Assembly: GCA_050575255.1 (NCBI GenBank) | Contig: JBNZDD010013534.1 | Location: 994,328-1,058,327 of the forward strand | Origin: Harriotta raleighana | Taxonomy: Eukaryota | Direction of reading: 5' to 3' | DNA length: 64,000 bases | Shown here: one piece after another, positions 60,904 through 64,000 of the stretch | Layout: each line of letters starts with the position of its first letter | How positions within the stretch are numbered: position 1 is the stretch's first letter | Program-made: the position numbers and the translations under genes | The notes under the pieces: generated by a model | The model's database searches: none | Told to the model about the DNA's origin: nothing | The model's input: only the letters and a program-made list of their open reading frames with translations

Positions 60904-62754
60904 GCCCACCAGTAGCTCGTAGGGAGTTCCTGGTATCTATCATCCAACTAGTGAGGGCTCAAGCCCTCATGTGTCAGATGTCGAACAACAAACTAGTGAC
61001 TATCCTCCCTGGTGTGGTAGGTAAGTGCAGTCTCTTTCAAGCTGAATGGTGACATGCTTTTATTGAAAGATGAAAAGATGTATCTCTCTTTCTCTCTCTC
61101 TATATATATAATTTCTATATTTTTTAAATTCAGCCTAAATTGGAATGCATTCTAATGCAGCGCTTTAATTTAATATGATCCATGCAGCATCACATAACTC
61201 CCTTGGTATCTTTAATTTAATCTGTCTGAGAGCTGTGCAAATCCATATCAATCTTCTCATAAATCTCTGCCGAACACTGGAGACTAATATTCCGTTTAAC
61301 CTAATAACAATAAGGCATCTCTGCTGAAGTGAAAAATGGTTTGGTGACCTTATTGAAAACATAATTCAGAGAAGAGGTTGTTTTTCACGTATCGACCTGC
61401 CTTGAAAACAAATCCGACTGAGTAACCTCTAAAGGACTTGCCACACAGTGCGCAAAACCACTTCATATCTGCTTTGATAAAGAGTTTGCTGAACATAGAA
61501 AAGCACTTTAAATTTTATACTAAATCTGAGTGCCAGATATGTTTTACTGACTGGTTTTGTGCAGCAGTACATGGATTCAAGTATGGACTGAAAGAGAATA
61601 ATACACAATGATAACAAGATAGCTGAATAGCTGGATGTAGAGATCACTAAATATATACACATTCTACATGTCACGTTCTGGGGTGGAGGGTTAAGATTCA
61701 TGTCAATGTGTACCCCTCCCCCTCCAATCATTGAACTAAAATCCCTGCTGCTACCTGGCAATGGCAATACTCCACATTCTGCTTTATAAATTACTTTATT
61801 GAACTTTTGATTTACCGGATATAGGCACTATATCAAATGCACTATATCGATCCAACAATGATTATTAGTTTCCCTTTGGTGAGTCTGGTATCCAACACAT
61901 CCCAGAAACCCATCACCATGCTTAAGCATATCAAACAGAGAGTTTCACATACGATAGATATAACATTTACACATGGCAATGTCACTATGTCTGAAATGGT
62001 ACACACTCTCCCTATAAACCCCAAGTATTAAGTGGAAGTTAGCGACAGTCGAGGCTTGGGGATCACAGAGTGTGTGTTGGGAATCTGCTGTTGTTGAACC
62101 AATTAAATTCCCACAGTTTGCCTTGAAGCGTATTGTCTTGCAAGCTGTCCATTGCTTCCCTAGCTAGCACCACCCTACTCACTATGGCTTTGGCTGGCAG
62201 GCTTAACAAGAGATGAGTGGAAAAATCCTTGTTCCCAGTAACCGGTTTGCCCTTCCAAATCCAGGTTGGCTGGTTTGTTATCAGCAATGCCCTGGAGTAC
62301 TGGGACTTTCTTAACTCACAAACCAGAGTACTACAGATGGTTGACACAAACTTTAATTCTGTTGCCAAGCACATCACCTTGGAGCCAGCTCTACTCCAAG
62401 GAGATCTCACTTACCTCCTCCTGCCCTATCCCAAGGAGATATTTACTAGTTGGTATGATTATCTTAGCACCATGAGTGTGGATTCTCAAAATAGCATTGA
62501 AATGGGGGACAGAATTTATAGAAAAGAAATGAGCATGTCTGTGAATTGTGTTTTTGATTGTACAGATTAATTCTCATCACTGAAAAGAAGATTGAGAGAA
62601 AGTACAATACAGGCCTTTAAAATAATGGNGAATGAGCATGTCTGTGAATTGTGTTTTTGATTGTAGAGATTAATTCTCATTACTGAAAAGAAGATTGAGA
62701 GAAAGTACAATACAGGCCTTTAAAATAATGGGAGACCACGTGATCATTGCGGGA

Positions 62755-63395
62755 CTGTTGTTAATTGTTGTTGTTGTTGCTTTTGCTGTTGTTTTTGTTG
62801 TTGTTTATTGTTGTTGATTTTGATGTTTAATCCCCGCCACCTCCTAACCTTTCCCCCCCTTTTTCTTCTTCTTCCCTCCCTCCCTTTCCCCCTTTCTCTC
62901 CCCCTTTTCCCCTTTCCCTCCCTCTTCCCTCTTACCAAACCTTTCTCCCAATTTCTTCCTGTTTTTGCCACCTTTCCCTCCCTCCCTTTGCCCCCCTTTC
63001 TTCCCCCTCTTCCTCCTTGACTTTGCCCAACCCCATCTTTCCCCCCTCTCCCCCGGCCCCACTTCCACAACTGTTTGTGGGACAATGCTGTGTGCAATTT
63101 GGCTGCCGCGTTTCGCCCACAAATACACAGTTGGTTTTTCCTGCTCTCCTTCCCCCTACTCCGTCCCCTCCCCTTGCCATCTTTTCCCCCATTTCTTCCC
63201 TGACCCCTCTTTCATGATAGTTTGTGGGACATTGCTGTGCGCAATTTGGCTGCCACAATTCGCCCACAAATATACAGTGAATTTTCCTACTTTCCTTCCC
63301 CCGACGACTCCCCCCTGCTCTGATCCCTACTTGTCTGTTCAGCGCCTTGGGACGTCCTCCCGACGTGAAAGGCGCTATATAAATTTAATTATTGA
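62755..63395 (+). repeat. Low-complexity (GTT)n and polypyrimidine tract with two embedded SINE-core segments, ending in an L2 tail
   Basis: SINE core at 63065-63131 and 63220-63279; tail cagcgccttgggacgtcctcccgacgtgaaaggcgctatataaat at about 63340-63385. Confidence 0.7.
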
Positions 63396-63654
63396 TTGAT
63401 CAAAATCGTAATAATAATCCTTGCATTTGATATAATGCTTTTCAGGTCTTCTCGACTTCTCAAAGCACTTCACAGAATATACTGTAAAGTGAATGTATAA
63501 ATGTCAGCAAATTAATTTTACTTGGCCATTAAGTTCAGAACTGGAGGGGACAAATACACAAATAATAACTACTGGAGCTGAGATTATCTGAGATTGAGAA
63601 ATAATAAAAATAATAAATATTCCTTAACCTCACTGCACTATTCATGTGCACTGT

Positions 63655-64000
63655 ATGATAACAATCCTTGCATTTGACATACCAGCTTATCGTGTCATTG
63701 AGACATCTCAAAACGCTAACAGATTTTACTATAAAGCATAGTTACTATATATTTGTAAGAAAATGTAGCAACCAATTTGGATACAGCAATGTCCTACAAA
63801 CATCTATGAAGTGAATGGCCAATTTTAACTTAGAGTTGATGGACACCAGGAGAAATTCCCTTCTCTTTTTGAGTAGTGCCATGAAATCTTTAACGTCTAC
63901 CTGAGCAGACAGAAAGGACCCTGGTTTAACGCTTCTTCCTAAGGACTATATTTCCAACAATGCAGAAATCTCCATGCACTATATTCGAGTGACAGCCTAG
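63655..64000 (-). mobile_element. Deu-domain SINE, running off the window end
   Basis: ggacaccaggagaaattccc..gtagtgccatgaaatctttaacgtctacctgagcagacag..ggtttaacg. Confidence 0.75.

Noticed and set aside
62528-62731. ~100-bp tandem duplication in a CR1 fragment
   Set aside because: Straddles the N at 62629; likely an artefact.
62744-63399. Overlapping G/K/R/E-rich and P/F/L-rich ORFs
   Set aside because: Products of low-complexity purine/pyrimidine tracts.

Overview
This is eukaryotic, AT-rich, essentially non-coding vertebrate DNA. Its repeats (tRNA-headed SINEs with L2-type tails, Deu-domain SINEs, L2 and CR1 LINE fragments, Penelope-type terminal repeats) point to a cartilaginous fish, most likely a chimaera such as Callorhinchus; this is an inference, not a database match. 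I find no recognisable host protein-coding gene, rRNA, intact tRNA or CRISPR array, and most ORF-track entries are chance ORFs or decayed LINE ORF2 pieces. The window looks like a large intron or gene desert: much of it is degraded retroposon sequence, separated by repeat-poor islands carrying enhancer-like motifs. The main signal is a family of very small Penelope-derived insertions. Three have 8-11 bp target-site duplications, all carry a minimal type-I hammerhead ribozyme motif or a decayed version of it, and one ~380 bp copy has a two-ribozyme, retrozyme-like layout. Other points of interest are a fossil R4/Dong-clade endonuclease domain, two local templated insertions, two Tigger/pogo-like MITEs, an ancient AmnSINE2-like family, an orphan decayed reading frame and a possible TATA promoter or micro-exon cluster. 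Several apparent duplications flank single Ns and are probably assembly artefacts. Repeat boundaries were placed by eye and are approximate.
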